From contig NC_068985.1 in assembly GCF_001194135.2 (NCBI RefSeq), forward strand, positions 38,075,083 to 38,139,082: DNA of 64,000 nucleotides. Direction: 5' to 3'. The position numbers and the translations under genes were made by a program. How positions within the stretch are numbered: the first letter of the stretch is position 1; every line of letters begins with the position of its first letter. This DNA is from Octopus bimaculoides (Eukaryota). The notes below the pieces were generated by a model. The model ran no database searches, had not been told where the DNA came from, and saw only the letters and a list, made by a program, of their open reading frames with translations. Shown here piece by piece: positions 40,328-55,294 of the stretch.

Positions 40328-40625
40328 TTTCAAATTTGTAGCCTTGTGCCTATGTGATAAATAATTATATTACTGTGGTTTAAAGGGCGGTAGATATGCA
40401 GAATCGTTAGAATGGCGGAAGTCTTGCGCTCAGATAGCACTATCGTTCACTTTGTCGTCATTTTAGGGTCAAAAAGATGTAGTACTAGCCCACTAGATGG
40501 ATAAATTTAACCGATTAACCCTGACTGTATAATTTCAGGGCTTCAAAAATTGTCTGCAATAACTGGTTGTTAGCAAGTTTTATTAATTCAGTATTAAAAT
40601 AAATCTATATACTTCACAAGGGATA

Positions 40626-41116
40626 CAGTAATCACTCGCTATATCGCGGTTTACTCATCGCGCCCTCAGTACATCGCGGATTTTTCTGACTAATATATGT
40701 AAATTTATATTGCGGACTCTTCAGTTTATCGCGAGTTTCTGCGGCCGATGTGTATTTATATTTTTTTAGATTTTAATTTTTTTCTGTGATAAAATAAGTA
40801 TTTTCACGCCTAAAAATTATTGAATTAATAAATATAAATACAGTACAGTATTGCATTATATAACACATCAATTAAAATATATGAAAAAACAAAAATACAT
40901 AGTGTACCGTAAATGAGTAAACAAAGAATCACATACTGTATGGAAAAAGAAACTCGGGAGACGAGTGTGTGGTGTTGTTTTGCATTTATAATAAAATAAA
41001 TATATACAAATTATAAAAATGATTAAAACATATACAGTACTCTTTCTATTTTGCGGAATTTCACCTATCACAGTGTTTTTAGGAACGTAACACCCGCGAT
41101 AATCGAGAGATTACTG
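40626..41116. mobile_element. Tigger/pogo-like MITE (~490 bp)
   Basis: Imperfect TIRs CAGTAATCACTCGCTATATCGCGG (from 40626) and CCGCGATAATCGAGAGATTACTG (to 41116), flanked by TA on both sides (40624-25, 41117-18). AT-rich interior with no ORF. CAGT termini plus TA TSD are typical of Tc1/mariner-pogo. Confidence 0.8.
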
Positions 41117-41987
41117 TATTCCGATTTTATAGAAGATTCCTAGTTTTTTATATTAATCATGTCAAAGTAAATAAATTTGACAGAAATTCACTCTTTTCTT
41201 GGGGACTTATTCAAAAGAGAAGATAATCTAAAACTGTATGGTGGCAACACTCTATATTACAACACTCTTGCTGCAACTTGTACAAATAGAGGTACGTTCT
41301 CACAACGCTAGTTTTTGACTGCCAGTAATTTTGGAATTTATTTGGAATTTATTATCAACGAGGATCCTCTTCATCTCGGAATCCAGATTTAAACACTTCA
41401 CTACTAGACTCATTCTTATGCTACTGAGTGAACCGGACCATTTTGAGACTAAAATATGTCGTGATGACATGACAAAATCCGCCTGCTTCGCGGCTGGTTT
41501 TGCCGATTCTCTGTTTAATTGGAGTATACAGATAACAGTTAGCTCAGCGTTGTAGCACTAGGTGAAAGACAAAACAAATATTTATACTTCCTAAGCTTAA
41601 CAGAAAGAAAACAGAAATTTGAGACTACCATGATTCTTCTATTGTCATCAGTAATTTATTGGAGAGGAAGTTAATGCTTACTTTTTTTCGGAATCGGAAG
41701 TAGGTCGTTCATTCAATTAGTGCAAAACTACTTTCTATATCGCTGATAATGCTAATAGAAAAATCTTATTTTGGAGAATAGTATATGTATTTTCGACCAG
41801 TTGCCTTTCCTGAACGTATAAGCATTGCAAGAACGACATAATACGATAATGAAATTGTATTGCAGTTGCAAACTCGTGACTAGCTTATTCTACGGTGTGA
41901 AGCACTCTATGTAGAAAACTTTATTTACAGACAAGTGAAATTTGTTAAAGGAACAATATGTAAGTAACTACTCTGAATCAACTTTAG

Positions 41988-42087
41988 TACTAGTCTGATC
42001 AATAAGTATCCGGATTCTTGCCATAGTAATGAAGCTAAAGAACACAGAGTGAAGCCGCTTGACACAGATTGACCTTGAACTCTGCTG
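41988..42087. mobile_element. Solo terminal fragment of a mariner-like element
   Basis: TACTAGTCTGATCAATAAGTATCCGGA resembles mariner-type termini as I recall them. No partner TIR was seen in the window. Confidence 0.4.
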
Positions 42088-43254
42088 ATAGAGAAAGAAA
42101 GCCGTTTGTACTATTTATGTCAATATTTGATTCATACATATATACATATTTATAACGATATCTATTGACTCACTTGAAATCATTATTAATCATACTTTAT
42201 AATCAACCATTTTATAATAGAGGTATGTCACATAGTTGGATAAAGTAAAGCCTAAATGTTTTGCTATGATAAGTACATTTAAAAGTCATCCTCATATGAC
42301 ATATAAGTAGACCACTATTTCATATTCCGTTTTTAATGTAATAGAATTACATTAATTGATTTTTATTGTTTGCTTTCGTTTAAGCATTCATTATTAATTT
42401 ATTTGTAAAACAAATATATAAAAATGAATGCATATGGATAATCGCCAGAATTGAATATTAGCGCACACACATACATACAGATACACAAAACACTTGTCCT
42501 CTGATGTTGGCATGGCTAGGAGTCCAAGTATTTCATTTCGCAACAACGAGACTGATGGTCCATTCAGATTGCCTTTGCTCGGCTGAACCACGTAGAAACC
42601 CCTCTGATGTACTGGACACGCAATACATGCCCAAAATTTTGAACTGTGTTACACTGATTCTGCTTGAAGATTTCGGTAAGAGTACTTATGCAGACGCATG
42701 TGAATTGCTCAGCTCATATACTTCGCCCGATTTTTCAATGAACAAGATCTTGAAATGTTGTCGATTAAACATCTGGACGGTCAAACGTAAACCAATGGCA
42801 ACAAATGTGTTCGTGCACACATCGATGGGTACACGCATATGTGCATATATGTATATATGTGTATGTAAATCTATTTCCATATAAATGTCCACATGTGTGC
42901 GTGTGCGTGTGTATGCGTGTTAAAAGTGAAACTTCAAAGTTTCACGTTTGGAACTTTAGACAAACTTGAATAATATAGAAAGCTGTTAGCATGAATATTC
43001 TCATTACCCATACTACTTTACATTTTCTTCACCAGCCTGTCTCCTCTTTATACGACCTTTCTTCTCTGTCGCTTCCGTTTATCTGTCTGTGATCCAAAGC
43101 TTTATAATAATTTTGTTATAAAAAAACCCATAAAACTAACTTTAAATATATTAAATTTTATATATTTCCCGTAGCTGGCATATAAATCCTTCAGCTCCAT
43201 CATTTATTTCTAAAGGATGCGATAAAGTTCTTTACTTTTGGATTCGTTTATTCT

Positions 43255-43662
43255 TTTATGCTTTTACTTGTGTCATTCATTTGACTGCGGCAATGCTGGA
43301 GCACCGGATTTAGTCGAGGAAATCGATCCCAGGACATATTATTTATAAGCTTAGTACTTACTCTATCGGTCTCTTTTGCCGAACTGCTAAGTTACAGGGA
43401 CGAAAACACACTAGCATCGGTTGTCAAGCGAGGTTGTGGGGACAAACACAGACACACAAACATATACACACACATGCATATATATATATATATATATATA
43501 TATACAACAGGCTTCTTTCAGTTTCCGTCTACCAGATCCACTCACAAGACTTTGCTCGCCCCGAGGCTATAGTAGAAGACACTTGCCCAAGGTGCCACGC
43601 AGTAGGACTGAACCCGGAACCATGTTGTTGGTAAGCAGGCTACTTACCACACAGCCACTCCT
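43255..43662 (-). mobile_element. tRNA-derived SINE, family C, with internal (TA)n/(TG)n tract
   Basis: The minus strand begins AGGAGTGGCTGTGTGGTAAG (A box) ... GGTTCAGTCC (B box). Both halves match the pieces at 60061-60380. Confidence 0.9.
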
Positions 43663-44489
43663 TTAGTATATATTTTTGCTAACGGTTACACAATCCATTC
43701 AACTATAGCCTTTACTTCCGAAACTGTGTAGAGACCTCACTCAGTTCACAGCAGCTGCATCCTTCTCAATGGATAGTAGTGTCTATTCATCTTATCTGAA
43801 GAACAGAGTAGCAAATTTTAACGCTTTCCTTCTAATTTTTCTAATTTTTAATTTCAATAGTGATTGCTCTTTTCTCCCAAATTAATCAATTATCAGTTTG
43901 TCTCTTTTTTGTTTTCTTTCTCTCTCCGTTTCTTTGTCTTTCTCCTCTCGAGTACGATTAAAGATGTGAGTGTGTGCGCACGCGCGTATGTATATAAATT
44001 CGTATATGTATCAAGCAAGAACTCACAAAAATGTCAACATGGCAGGGACAAGTTTCAACAAAATTTGTACTGGTTTCACACTTTAAAGAAAAGGAAAAAT
44101 GGTGGTGGGAAAAAAGAGTTAACCATTTCTTTATAACTAGTTTTAAAGATTAAAACAAAAATGTTTGATATGATCACTGTCTGTCTGTCTGTCTCTATCT
44201 TCTCTTTCTTTCTCTATCCCCCCTCTCTCTCTATACTTACATTCATTCATACATACACATATATGCAAATATATCTATACAAACACACACACACACACAC
44301 AAGCGGACAGTACCAAATTTTACATTCATTATAATAACCTTCACCATATTCAATTTCCCTCTTAACGCGTCTATGCGAGCTTTCCCTTCATCAATCATCA
44401 TTTTCATGTCTTTCTCGCTGTTTAGATTTGGACCTGGTTTCGAGAGCAACACGTTGGAGGAAATGAGGTGAGATACCCGTATCCATACA

Positions 44490-44867
<378 letters not shown>

Positions 44868-47800
44868 TTTGTATGCTATATTTCATTTCTTTCCTGAAAA
44901 TTGTTCGCTACTACGATGACATATATGTAATGTTAGAAAACGCCGCCTTTTTTGTTGCTTATTTGTGTAAAACACGACCCGTCAGTTGTTTTATACACGC
45001 ATTCGTTTGCACTAGTGTTTATGTGAACAAGCATGTTATACAATATACCCGTGCAAAGTAGACAGACGCCGGTTCAATAATGTATTTTCTATGTCGATAT
45101 ATTAATATTATTGATTATTTAATATTTAACGAGCAAATATTTATTTTATAACATGTGTGCTTATATATTGGGTATGCTTAAATATAAAGTTGGTGTGTAT
45201 CTGTATTTATAAGTATACGAGTGTGTATTTGTTCATGTTTCTATGTTTGTGAATGTGCCGATTATTTTTTTAAAGTATGCCAGTCTTTAAGAAGGATTAT
45301 TAATATATACAATTAATGATACCAAAAAAAAATTAACATGTTTGTTTTCATCGGTGATAAGTCAACGATGTGTAATCCTAAAGTATCTAGTCAGGTTATG
45401 GTTTGAAAATAATGAAAAGAAAACTAAAATTGACCGAAGCAAAGTCTCACCTAAGCCCCTAAAATAAGATTTAATGACATCGAGTAGTAACATGATATTT
45501 ATTATGTCTACGAATACCTAACACCCAGATAAATGTTTCATGATAATCAATAAAGCTGTACATCGGTGATTTTGCTATTCAGCATTCATAAAAAGATATT
45601 TCTCTTTGAAATCAGCTTTTACTCTCTACAAGGTATCTGGTAGTCTCCTACACATTGTGTAATCACATGGCATTGTATTATGTAAATATACCATTTACCT
45701 TGCTCACTCAAGGTGTGTATATTCTGTTCTCTTCTTTTTTCGACTTACTCCATAACATCTATTAGCTATCTCATTTATGCAGGATTTTAATATTTGACTT
45801 CGCTATCGACGCACCTGCGAGATGTTTTGTTCAACCTATCGCATTTACAAATGTCCTGTATTTGCATTTTGCTAGGAAAAAATAAGTCAGCATATTATTC
45901 AAACAATATCTCATATTTTCCGATGATATGCCATCCAGCATATGCCTATCTTTTGAGATTTGTATGAACTATAGCTTCTAGCTTAGATTGTATGAGGAAA
46001 AAACTAATGAAGGCAAAAAGTTCGAAATTGTACTGCACTTTGGTGCATATTTCAACTCAATGATAATTCAAAACCCTACGTGTATTCTAATATCTATTAT
46101 TACTTATTGAGTTTTTTATAATATGTATGTTTAAAATGCATATGTTTAAAATATAGGTAGTTTATTTAGATTCAATATTATGTTAGTGAGGAAAATCACA
46201 GTTCCTAGCTCCCACCCTACCACCTTAGAATTTACTGCTCCTTTTTGAGTTCGCATTCGCGCCCAAGTGAGCTCTACTACACAGGCTGAGAACTACTGAT
46301 TTGTTTGGTTTTTTTTTTTGAAGAAGGGGTGATAAACTATTTAATCTGCAATACATTATCTGATTAGGCAGCTCTTAAAGACAATGTGTGTCTAATGTCT
46401 GTAGAGGGACATATTAGTAGATTCTACAGCTATGCAGTGTTTCTCATCTGTGATGCAGTCATCATCTACAGAGTTTATAGCCTTCGAAGATATAAACAGG
46501 ATGTAACTGTCTATTTGAAATATCTGCAAACTGTTTCTATGAGGACCAACTATGCATGTTATTTTAACATTGTAAAAAGTCTTTGAATCTCGTTAATTGG
46601 GCAGTCTTACACAAACAAATCCGGATCTAATTACTATGTAACAGATTCCTATTTGTGCGATCACCTAATTATATTTGTCTTAAAATTACAAATTTACTCG
46701 GAAGCACATTAATATATAAAAAATTATATATATATTATATATATATCGGGTCGATGTTTGCGCAAAACTACGTCTTCCTTTTTAATGAAGATTTGTATTT
46801 ATTTTGTCGATATCGGAAACTAAATTCAATATTTTACTGCAGTCCCGTTTCAGTAATTCTCAGGACTTGTGAATTGCTGTTAAAGTAAATCATATGTATC
46901 AGTAGAATCCCATTTAGAAAATAGATTTCTCAAAAAAGTGCATTTGAATTAAAAACGCTTATTCGTTATACAACCAGTATACCTTCTGTAAAATAGAATT
47001 TTATTTCAGATGTAGTGAACATAGTTTTAGATATATAGCAAGTAAATGTAAATTTTCAGAAGTGTACTTATTTGTGTATTTTCATGTGTGCAATAATAAT
47101 TATACATATGTGTGTATGTGTGTTAATGTCTGTGTTAATGTTTATATAATGGAATTTTCTTTTCAGGATAATCTGTATTTATCTAGATAAAATGTATTCA
47201 CATGGCATTGACCAATACAGAAGATGAATAACTGCTATCATAATATTTTGAGGACTCTTTCTAAATGTGACAGATTTATTTCGCATTCTATTTCTTTGCA
47301 TAAACTCAGAGATCTTCATATGGCTTCGTTAAATTGTATGGATAACATGACAATTTCAATATTACGGTCTCATTAATGAAAACTGCGTTTCAAAGTGCTT
47401 CTACTATGAATTATCATACAAAATATATACAAATATAATGCGATATTATTAATAGAGTTAAAGATTCTGCGTCACTTCGATAAGTGTTCACATTGAGACG
47501 ACCTTTTGAAATATCTTATATGAAATGATCTTACCTTTAAGAAATAAAACAACATACAAAACATAATTGCTGATACAGTCTTTCAGTCTCTGAACAGTTG
47601 AATGCGGGATGACAGGGCACAATAGCTGGTAAATACTTTACAATTCACAACTACAGAAATGTAGGTCATTTTAAATAAAGCTTGGTCATCGAATTGCATT
47701 ATAATTCTAACTAATTAATCAAATTAAAACTCACTACTGATCGTTAATTAAAAAGGAAAAAAAGTTGTAGTATCTGTAAATAACATTTTGAATAAATTAA

Positions 47801-48018
47801 ATGATTTTTTCCCTGAAATAACAAGTAACTGCTTGTAGAGCAGGTCTCAGATTCAGGTACCAAATACAGTAGACCACATTTTAAAAAAAAGTGAAATTTG
47901 TAACCCTAAAACATGGAGTAATGAGCTATGTTTAAAATGATGGTTGTTACACACTTCAAAACATGTGGAAATATACCTCCTACACACGCGCGCACGCATA
48001 CACACACACGCATATGCA

Positions 48019-48070
<52 letters not shown>

Positions 48071-48551
48071 CATGCGGCCATACATACACACACGCATATC
48101 TACGCGCGGTCACACACAGACCTATATCAATATGGTCGATTTCTAAAATACTAGTATCCTTCAGAGCGAAATATAAGCATTGATTAATCCGAATCATATG
48201 ATATCTTTTTAATGTGGCGAAGTGTTAGATATGAAACGACCAGATGACTTTCTTGACTGTAATAGATCAGAAGATTTATCTTTTTGAAGTCTGGAGAAAG
48301 TGAATCAACTTTAGTTTATTTGGAGGCAACATCGTTCGTAAGGAAAGTTTCATTCAGACAAACCATCAGCATGAGAAACAACAGTTAAATTATTAGTCGA
48401 CACTTTTGCTGTGAAGGCATACTTTCTTAAGTGAAAGAATTTTATCTCAGTGAATTGCGCAAAGCTAATGACTTATGAGTTTTCCTAATCCTTGAGTCAA
48501 AAAGCTGGCGTTTCTTTGACCAGTGTTCTACTTGAGATAAAGACGTCTTTA

Positions 48552-48569
48552 GTATGTATATATATATAT

Positions 48570-48626
<57 letters not shown>

Positions 48627-48634
48627 CACATATA

Positions 48635-48678
<44 letters not shown>

Positions 48679-48705
48679 CATACACATATAAACATACATA
48701 CGCAC

Positions 48706-48736
<31 letters not shown>

Positions 48737-48830
48737 CATACACATATAAACATACATACACACACATATATATATATACATACATACACATAAACATTTA
48801 TTTATATATATATATATGTATACATACACT
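48552..48830 (+). repeat. Compound (TA)n/(CA)n/CACATATAAACATA repeat
   Basis: Direct reading. Confidence 0.9.
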
Positions 48831-51800
48831 CATACCCCACCTCTCAAACATACATATATATATATATAATGTGAAGATACGTAAGCTACTTGTAAAAAAT
48901 GTTATCATTCGCTGTTGCATTATAGAAATTAAATAGAGTTTAGTCGTAGTTCATAAGTTTATCAGTAATCTGAAATAAGAAGGCAATGCTGAAAATTCTT
49001 TCAGAAGAAAAGGATGAAACGGAAATAAGAAGGAACAAATAATTTTTGATAATAACGATAATAATAATATCAAAAACAACACCATCTTACCATGCAAATT
49101 AAATATAAGCTAGGTAATATAAATTCAGCAGGATTTATCTAATGCGTGTAATTTTTGTTGCGAATCAATTCCCGTTTCTCTAAAGATACGTGGTGTGTCT
49201 CTTATCTGCTTTTATTCTCTTCGCTTTGAGCAGTGAACTATCTCTTATCAAGGTTTCTGATCTAAATTTTAGAGTTTGGCATTTGTAATAATAGTAAGTA
49301 GCATACGGTTGACATTGCAAACAAGAAGACAAGATTTATTCCTTCTTTTCCCCCATTTCAACTGCCTGCTCTATCTTTCTGTTCAGCGTAGTTTTCGTAT
49401 TCTTTGGATTTTCATCACTGACAATATGTTTATATCTTTCTCTTCTCTTAAAATCTATAATATAGAGAATGCAGTTTCTTATCTAAATGTTGGGAAATGA
49501 AAATAAAATATTCATAAAAAGTACAGAATAATTTAGCAGTACGACAGTAGATTTTATTTACTGACGATTTAACAACTGCTACTACGACAGTAACAATTTA
49601 AGTATATCACTAACAACAAGAACAGCAACAACAACAAATAAAGATTACATCCTCAGCAACAACAACTACAACCATAATAGTAATAGTTTTCTGTTCAATA
49701 AATTAGTTGCTGGAAAAATCTATTTCCAATAGAAACTGAGATAAGAACTACCTAGTTACTTTGCAAAGAAATGATTAACGATTATATCTGATAGTTGTTG
49801 CAGTTACGCTACCATTGACAACCTTGCTGACATCAATAAAAGCCTCAGTACTGCGGTTACTATTGCAACCATCACAACTCATATTTCGACCCTCACCATT
49901 TATCCAACTACATCAATCTTCTCTCTTAAGTTATTTTCTTTATAATGAATTAACAAAAATGACCCGGTTCAAATAATGCAGTGACAGATAAATTGAAAAT
50001 ATTGTGTGGTACTTGCGAAAAAATAGCAGTCATATTTTCCTCAAAACAACTTTTCCATCCTCATAAGACGAAGGACATATCAGATAATGTCTGTCTGAAG
50101 GCAAAATGAAATAGTCCCGATTGGAATCAGCTTTAATCATAATGCTTACTCTTTAAGAGCTGGATTTGTTAAACAGTAACACCAGCGTCCTCTTTTCTGA
50201 TTGATGAAATAGTTCTTAACTTCTAGAAGCCACTAGACTAGTCGAGGCGAGAAGAGTAATACCATTAATACTGTCTAGTTCAGTAACTGTTTGTATAATT
50301 AAATGATTGCAATAGCATTCAAGTCGGGGTCGCAATAATTTTCAGGAATATAGTATCCTCTGTACGCTTCCTAAACACAGTTGAGTGTAATCTGAAGGAA
50401 ATGTTGCACCTATTTCTAACACGTTGAGCAGCCAGGTGGAGGCTCTTTTATTGACTTAATAACTATATATTTAGAATGCAAGGGTGTGACAGAAACAGAT
50501 GAACACAAATACCCAGTCTTTGTAAGAAAGTTGGTATAGTTGATCAAATCAACAGCTATCTATTTCATTATTGCAATAACAAAAAGCAGGCGTAAACTGT
50601 ATCGAATTTTAGTTCATTGCATAATTAATTAGATGCAATCAAATATTGCATCGGCGAAAAAAATATGTTTAAATTATGTATAAGACTGTTAATTACGTAT
50701 CGGATATAAATCATAATGCGTGGTGGTGGTGGTGGTGGTGGTGATAATAACAGTAATAGTGGAGGTGGGGGTAGCTGCAGCAGCAGTAGTGGTAGCCCAA
50801 ACCAAAAAAGGCTATTCACCAACATGCCCAGTGTCCAATGATTGCAACCAGTAAAAGAATGGAGAAAACAAAGCTAACTATATATACACTATGTACTAGA
50901 AAGTATTAGATTTAGCGCTGTATGACGTCTGCCACGACGATAACAGCGGTATCAGAGTATTTTCCGAGACATTGGCAATTTATTCATTCCCTCACCACTG
51001 CTACTTTACTTCTAATTAATTATATATCAATTTTTTTGTTTTTTCATGTAATGCTAATGTTATAAGTAGACTAAATAGAGAAAGAGAGGATAGAAAAATT
51101 ATTTTCAACAGAGACGTTTACAGCAGACGTAAAGGTTATTATAGTTACCGCGAATTTCGGTACTGGTGGTGGTGGTGGTGGTGGTGGTGGGAGCAGGAAT
51201 ATATAGCTAAACCAGAAGTATTGTTTTATTAAATAAATAAATATATAATAAATATGTTGTAAAACTAACCAAAATAAGTTTATAGAAATAATTACCGAAT
51301 CGGTATTTTCGATGACATACATAATAAACGAAGCATTTTGAAGAAAGATGAAGAGGAAAAACTGGATAAAAAAGAAGAAAGGAGTGAAAGAGGAAGAGAG
51401 AAATATGCGTGCACACTTTCTTTCTTTCGTATTATAATTATTCATCATTACGTTGAAACAACAAATCATTATTGCAGTTCGTCGTATCTAAACTGCCAGT
51501 ACACAGTGATGTTAGTAGGAGTAAGTTGAGAAAAGAAGTTTATATGCTACATAGAAATCTAGGAATTAAATGTAATATCTGTCTCTATGTCTGTCTAGCT
51601 AGCCAGCTATTTACATACGTACATACATACACGCACATACACATACATATGTACATACATATTCATGCAAACACACCCACGTAAATATAGTCGCATACAA
51701 ACAATAATATGGTGTTGTAGAAGGTAGCCATGTTGATATATGTGGCTATTCATCTTTTGTGTAATGAATATTATCCCCCTAGAACTTTGTCTTTGATAAA

Positions 51801-52680
51801 AGTTTAAGAAAATTTGGTTATCGTCTTCTGATAAGTGCAAAGAGGCACAAATTTTATGGAAGTTCAAAGAAGCACAAATTTTATGGAAGATGGTAGCCGT
51901 AACCGAACTGTGAAAATCGACTAAGGCTCAACACTTGAACTTACTGCTCTATGCACCATGGCTGAACAGAAGAGTGGGCTCAGCTATCACTGAACATGGA
52001 ATTAACGAGGAAGATTTCTGTGAACCTTTGAACTGAACCAATACTTTTAATAATTGTAGAAGGTTAAGGGAACATTCTTCGGTGGGCTATGTGAAAAGGA
52101 TAATAGCTGGGATCCAAAATACTCCAGCTACTCGCAGTTTAGCACCAAAAAGGTATGCCAACAAGCAACCTTATTAGAGCGAAAATGGTGGTGGTGGTGA
52201 TAATGGTGACACCTAAAGAACATATATGCATACGTGTGGCTTGAAAGAAATTTGCTTAATGAATGTTTTATTCAATGGTTATCTAAAAACATTTTCCATC
52301 CATTGCGGCAGGACCTGTAGTTTATTAAAAAACGTACCATTTAAATATAACCTATAAGGCAGTAGATTTTCAAAATCGATAAAACTTCGGAATAAATATC
52401 TTGCAAGCATTTCAAGTTTCAAGTGCAAATCCTGTTGAAGTCAGATACTGAAATCAACTTAATCGAGTAACTCACCAACCTGAAAACTTTGGGCGCTGTA
52501 TTTAATTAGGGAATAATTATAATTATTTTCATTCATTTTTTTAAAAAATGCACCATAATGCCAGTTACCAAAGTTGTCACGATTAATAATGTTTACTGAA
52601 TTCGAAATATCGAGATTTCTTATTAACCTAAGGTCTGGCAAATACTGATAAAGAGTTTGCTAAGGAGATCTAACACTAGT

Positions 52681-52957
52681 TACTTGTACTTGTGGTAATC
52701 ACCCGAGGTGGGTTAAGCCGGCTCTTACCAATGAATTCACTACGTTCCTCATGAATCTTGACCACATCCGACTGTCAGCCGCAGTCGTGGCTGTAATGGA
52801 GAACCACAACCTGTTCCACTGACGAAGACCATAAGTGGGCGGGCTCGATTGTGCTTCCACATCTACCTTTACCATTGCCAGCCATGTCTTCAGTTGTCCT
52901 CCAGCTTGTTGTCGCCAGCCCGGGAGAGGAGCCGGATTGACTACCTTGCGAATGCAT
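52681..52957 (-). mobile_element. RTE-type LINE 3' end (ORF2 C-terminus and tail)
   Basis: Open frame IRKVVNPAPLPGWRQQAGGQLKTWLAMVKVDVEAQSSPPTYGLRQWNRLW...DSRMWSRFMRNVVNSLVRAGLTHLG* followed by a CAAGTACAAGTA short-repeat tail. GGQLKTW...V..D is typical of RTE C-termini. Confidence 0.75.
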
Positions 52958-53728
52958 CCACCCCCATAGCCATTCGATATTTAAAAACGAGTTTTATAGA
53001 AACTTCTTTCAAAATTCTTATTTTGTTTTTTGACATATTCAACTTGTGTAGGTTGAACTATGCAAAACGTTAAAGAAAGAAACCTAGCTCTTTCCTGCAA
53101 TCTATACCAATATGTACATCTAAACTACAATTTTTTTGTGAATCCCCAATTTACTACTTTGCTGTGTAGACCCTACCCCCCCCCCAAAAAAAAAATCTTA
53201 TGTGGAACATCGGAGCCATATGGACCCTGGTTGAGAACCACTACATTAGCATTTGCTTAGTAGTTTGTTTTTCATGAAGAATGCATCTCTTAGTCATCCC
53301 TTTCCTCACGAATTCTACTCATTCTTTTTCTATTGCCAATACACTTGACGCTTCAGGACATTTGAATAAATTGGTGTAGACGACTGTGGCAATGATGCAC
53401 CTGCAATTGAACCGGTTAACCGTATTTAGAGATCCATTGCTTAGTTGCATGACCTGCAATATAAAGCGACTAAAAATATTTTAAATCACGCGCCTTGTTA
53501 TTTATCTTAACGGGAAAAGAAAGATGACGTACGTGGTAGGTAGCCATAGTATGATTCAAGAAAACAAGAGCTTACGGCTAAGCCGTTGATCATTCAAAGT
53601 TCGGTTAGCGTTAAATGGGAACAACAACCATTTTATTAACTGCATTGTAATCTTAGTCATATTTTATTTTGTGATGTGATTGGTTAAGAAGGAAAATAAT
53701 TTGATCTTAATTCCTAACAACAACGTTT

Positions 53729-53781
53729 CTTCTAAGTTTTCAGTACTTGGAACACTGCGTATGTGCGGGCGCATGCAAATT

Positions 53782-53817
<36 letters not shown>

Positions 53818-53997
53818 NNNNNNNNNNNNNNNNNNNNNNNNNNNNNNNNNNNNNNNNNNNNNNNNNNNNNNNNNNNNNNNNNNNNNNNNNNNNNNNNNNN
53901 NNNNNNNNNNNNNNNNNNNNNNNNNNNNNNNNNNNNNNNNNNNNNNNNNNNNNNNNNNNNNNNNNNNNNNNNNNNNNNNNNNNNNNNNNNNNNNNNN

Positions 53998-54037
<40 letters not shown>

Positions 54038-54273
54038 ATATTTATATATATATATATACATATACACATGTATATATACATATATATACATACATATATA
54101 TATATATGTGTATGTGTGCATGCGAATTTGTGCGCGTGTATACATATATATATATTATATATGTGAGTGTGTGAATGTACATATAATATATATATATGTA
54201 TATACACGCGCACAAATTCGCGTGCACACACACGTACACACACATATTGTTCCAAATATTGAAAACTTAGAAG
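53729..54273. repeat. Nested inverted repeat (fold-back)
   Basis: Outer arms 53729-53754 and 54248-54273 match 24/26. Inner arms of about 50 bp within 54114-54229 are near-perfectly complementary. Confidence 0.85.
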
Positions 54274-54901
54274 TATTAGTGAAATGCCACGCAATGCCTG
54301 TTTCCTACAAAAGACTAAACAAGTAACAAAGATCAGCGGGATATTCCAAAATATTTACAAAAAAATTTTTTTTCTTATTCAAAATATTAATTGAAAACTG
54401 GTAGCTTAAATAGAGTCTCAAGATTTTTCTATTAAGTTTAGATAACCTAAAATCATATATGCACGCACGAAACAAACACCCTAACTATAATGCAATTTTA
54501 ACACATGCACTACAGAAACACAATCACATGCACGCCTCTCCATACATAGAGATTCATATGCATATACACTCACACGCACGCACAAACGTATTTGTGTGTG
54601 AAATCCGGTGAAATTTATTCAATACATTAAAAAATAAACTTCGCGTTATTGAAAGAGTGAATCATCAACTTTCGAAGGGTTACTATATGCATGATTGTAC
54701 AGAATGTGAGTTAAACAGCGGTGCAATGAGTACAACAGAGACCAACCTTCATAAAATATATCTCAGAAATTTTCCTTCCCCGCAGTTGAACAGGCTCATC
54801 ACAGATTTCGCATAAGACACATGCTTGCTCGAAGAATTGCACGTTTTCCCGCAATATTTCTAGCTCTAAATGGTTTATTTATTTTTTATATATCTAGCAC
54901 T

Positions 54902-55294
54902 GTAGAGGCGCAATGGCCCAGTGGTTAGGGCAGCGGACTCGCGGTTATAGGATCGCGGTTTCTATTCCCAGACCGGGCGTTGTGAGTGTTTATTGAGCGA
55001 AAACACCTAAAGCTCCACGAGGCTCCGGCAGGGGATGGTGGCGAACCTTGCTGTACTCTTTCACCATAACTTTCTCACACTCTTACTTCCTGTTTCTGTT
55101 GTGCCTGTAATTCAGAGGGTCAGCCTTGTCACACTGTGTCACGCTGAATATCCCCGAGAACTATGTTAAGGGTACACCTGTCTGTGGAGTGTTCAGCCAC
55201 TTGCACATTAATTTCACGAGCAGGCTGTACTGTTGATCGGATCAACTGGAACCCTCGACGTCGTAAGCGACGGAGTGCCAACAACAACAAAAAA
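54902..55294 (+). mobile_element. tRNA-derived SINE, family A, full length
   Basis: A/B boxes, (CAA)n/A tail and a perfect 12-bp TSD ATATCTAGCACT (54890-54901 and 55295-55306). Confidence 0.93.

Noticed and set aside
42568-42675. Exon-like segment with CAG acceptor and GTAAGA donor
   Set aside because: It is open only in phase 1-1, incompatible with the phase-2 end of the preceding exon, and the peptide has no Ig features.
51838-51891. 27-bp tandem duplication (similar local duplications near 36062-36120, 36208-36279 and 10620-10790)
   Set aside because: These are two-copy slippage duplications without spacers; they are not CRISPR-like and have no functional support.
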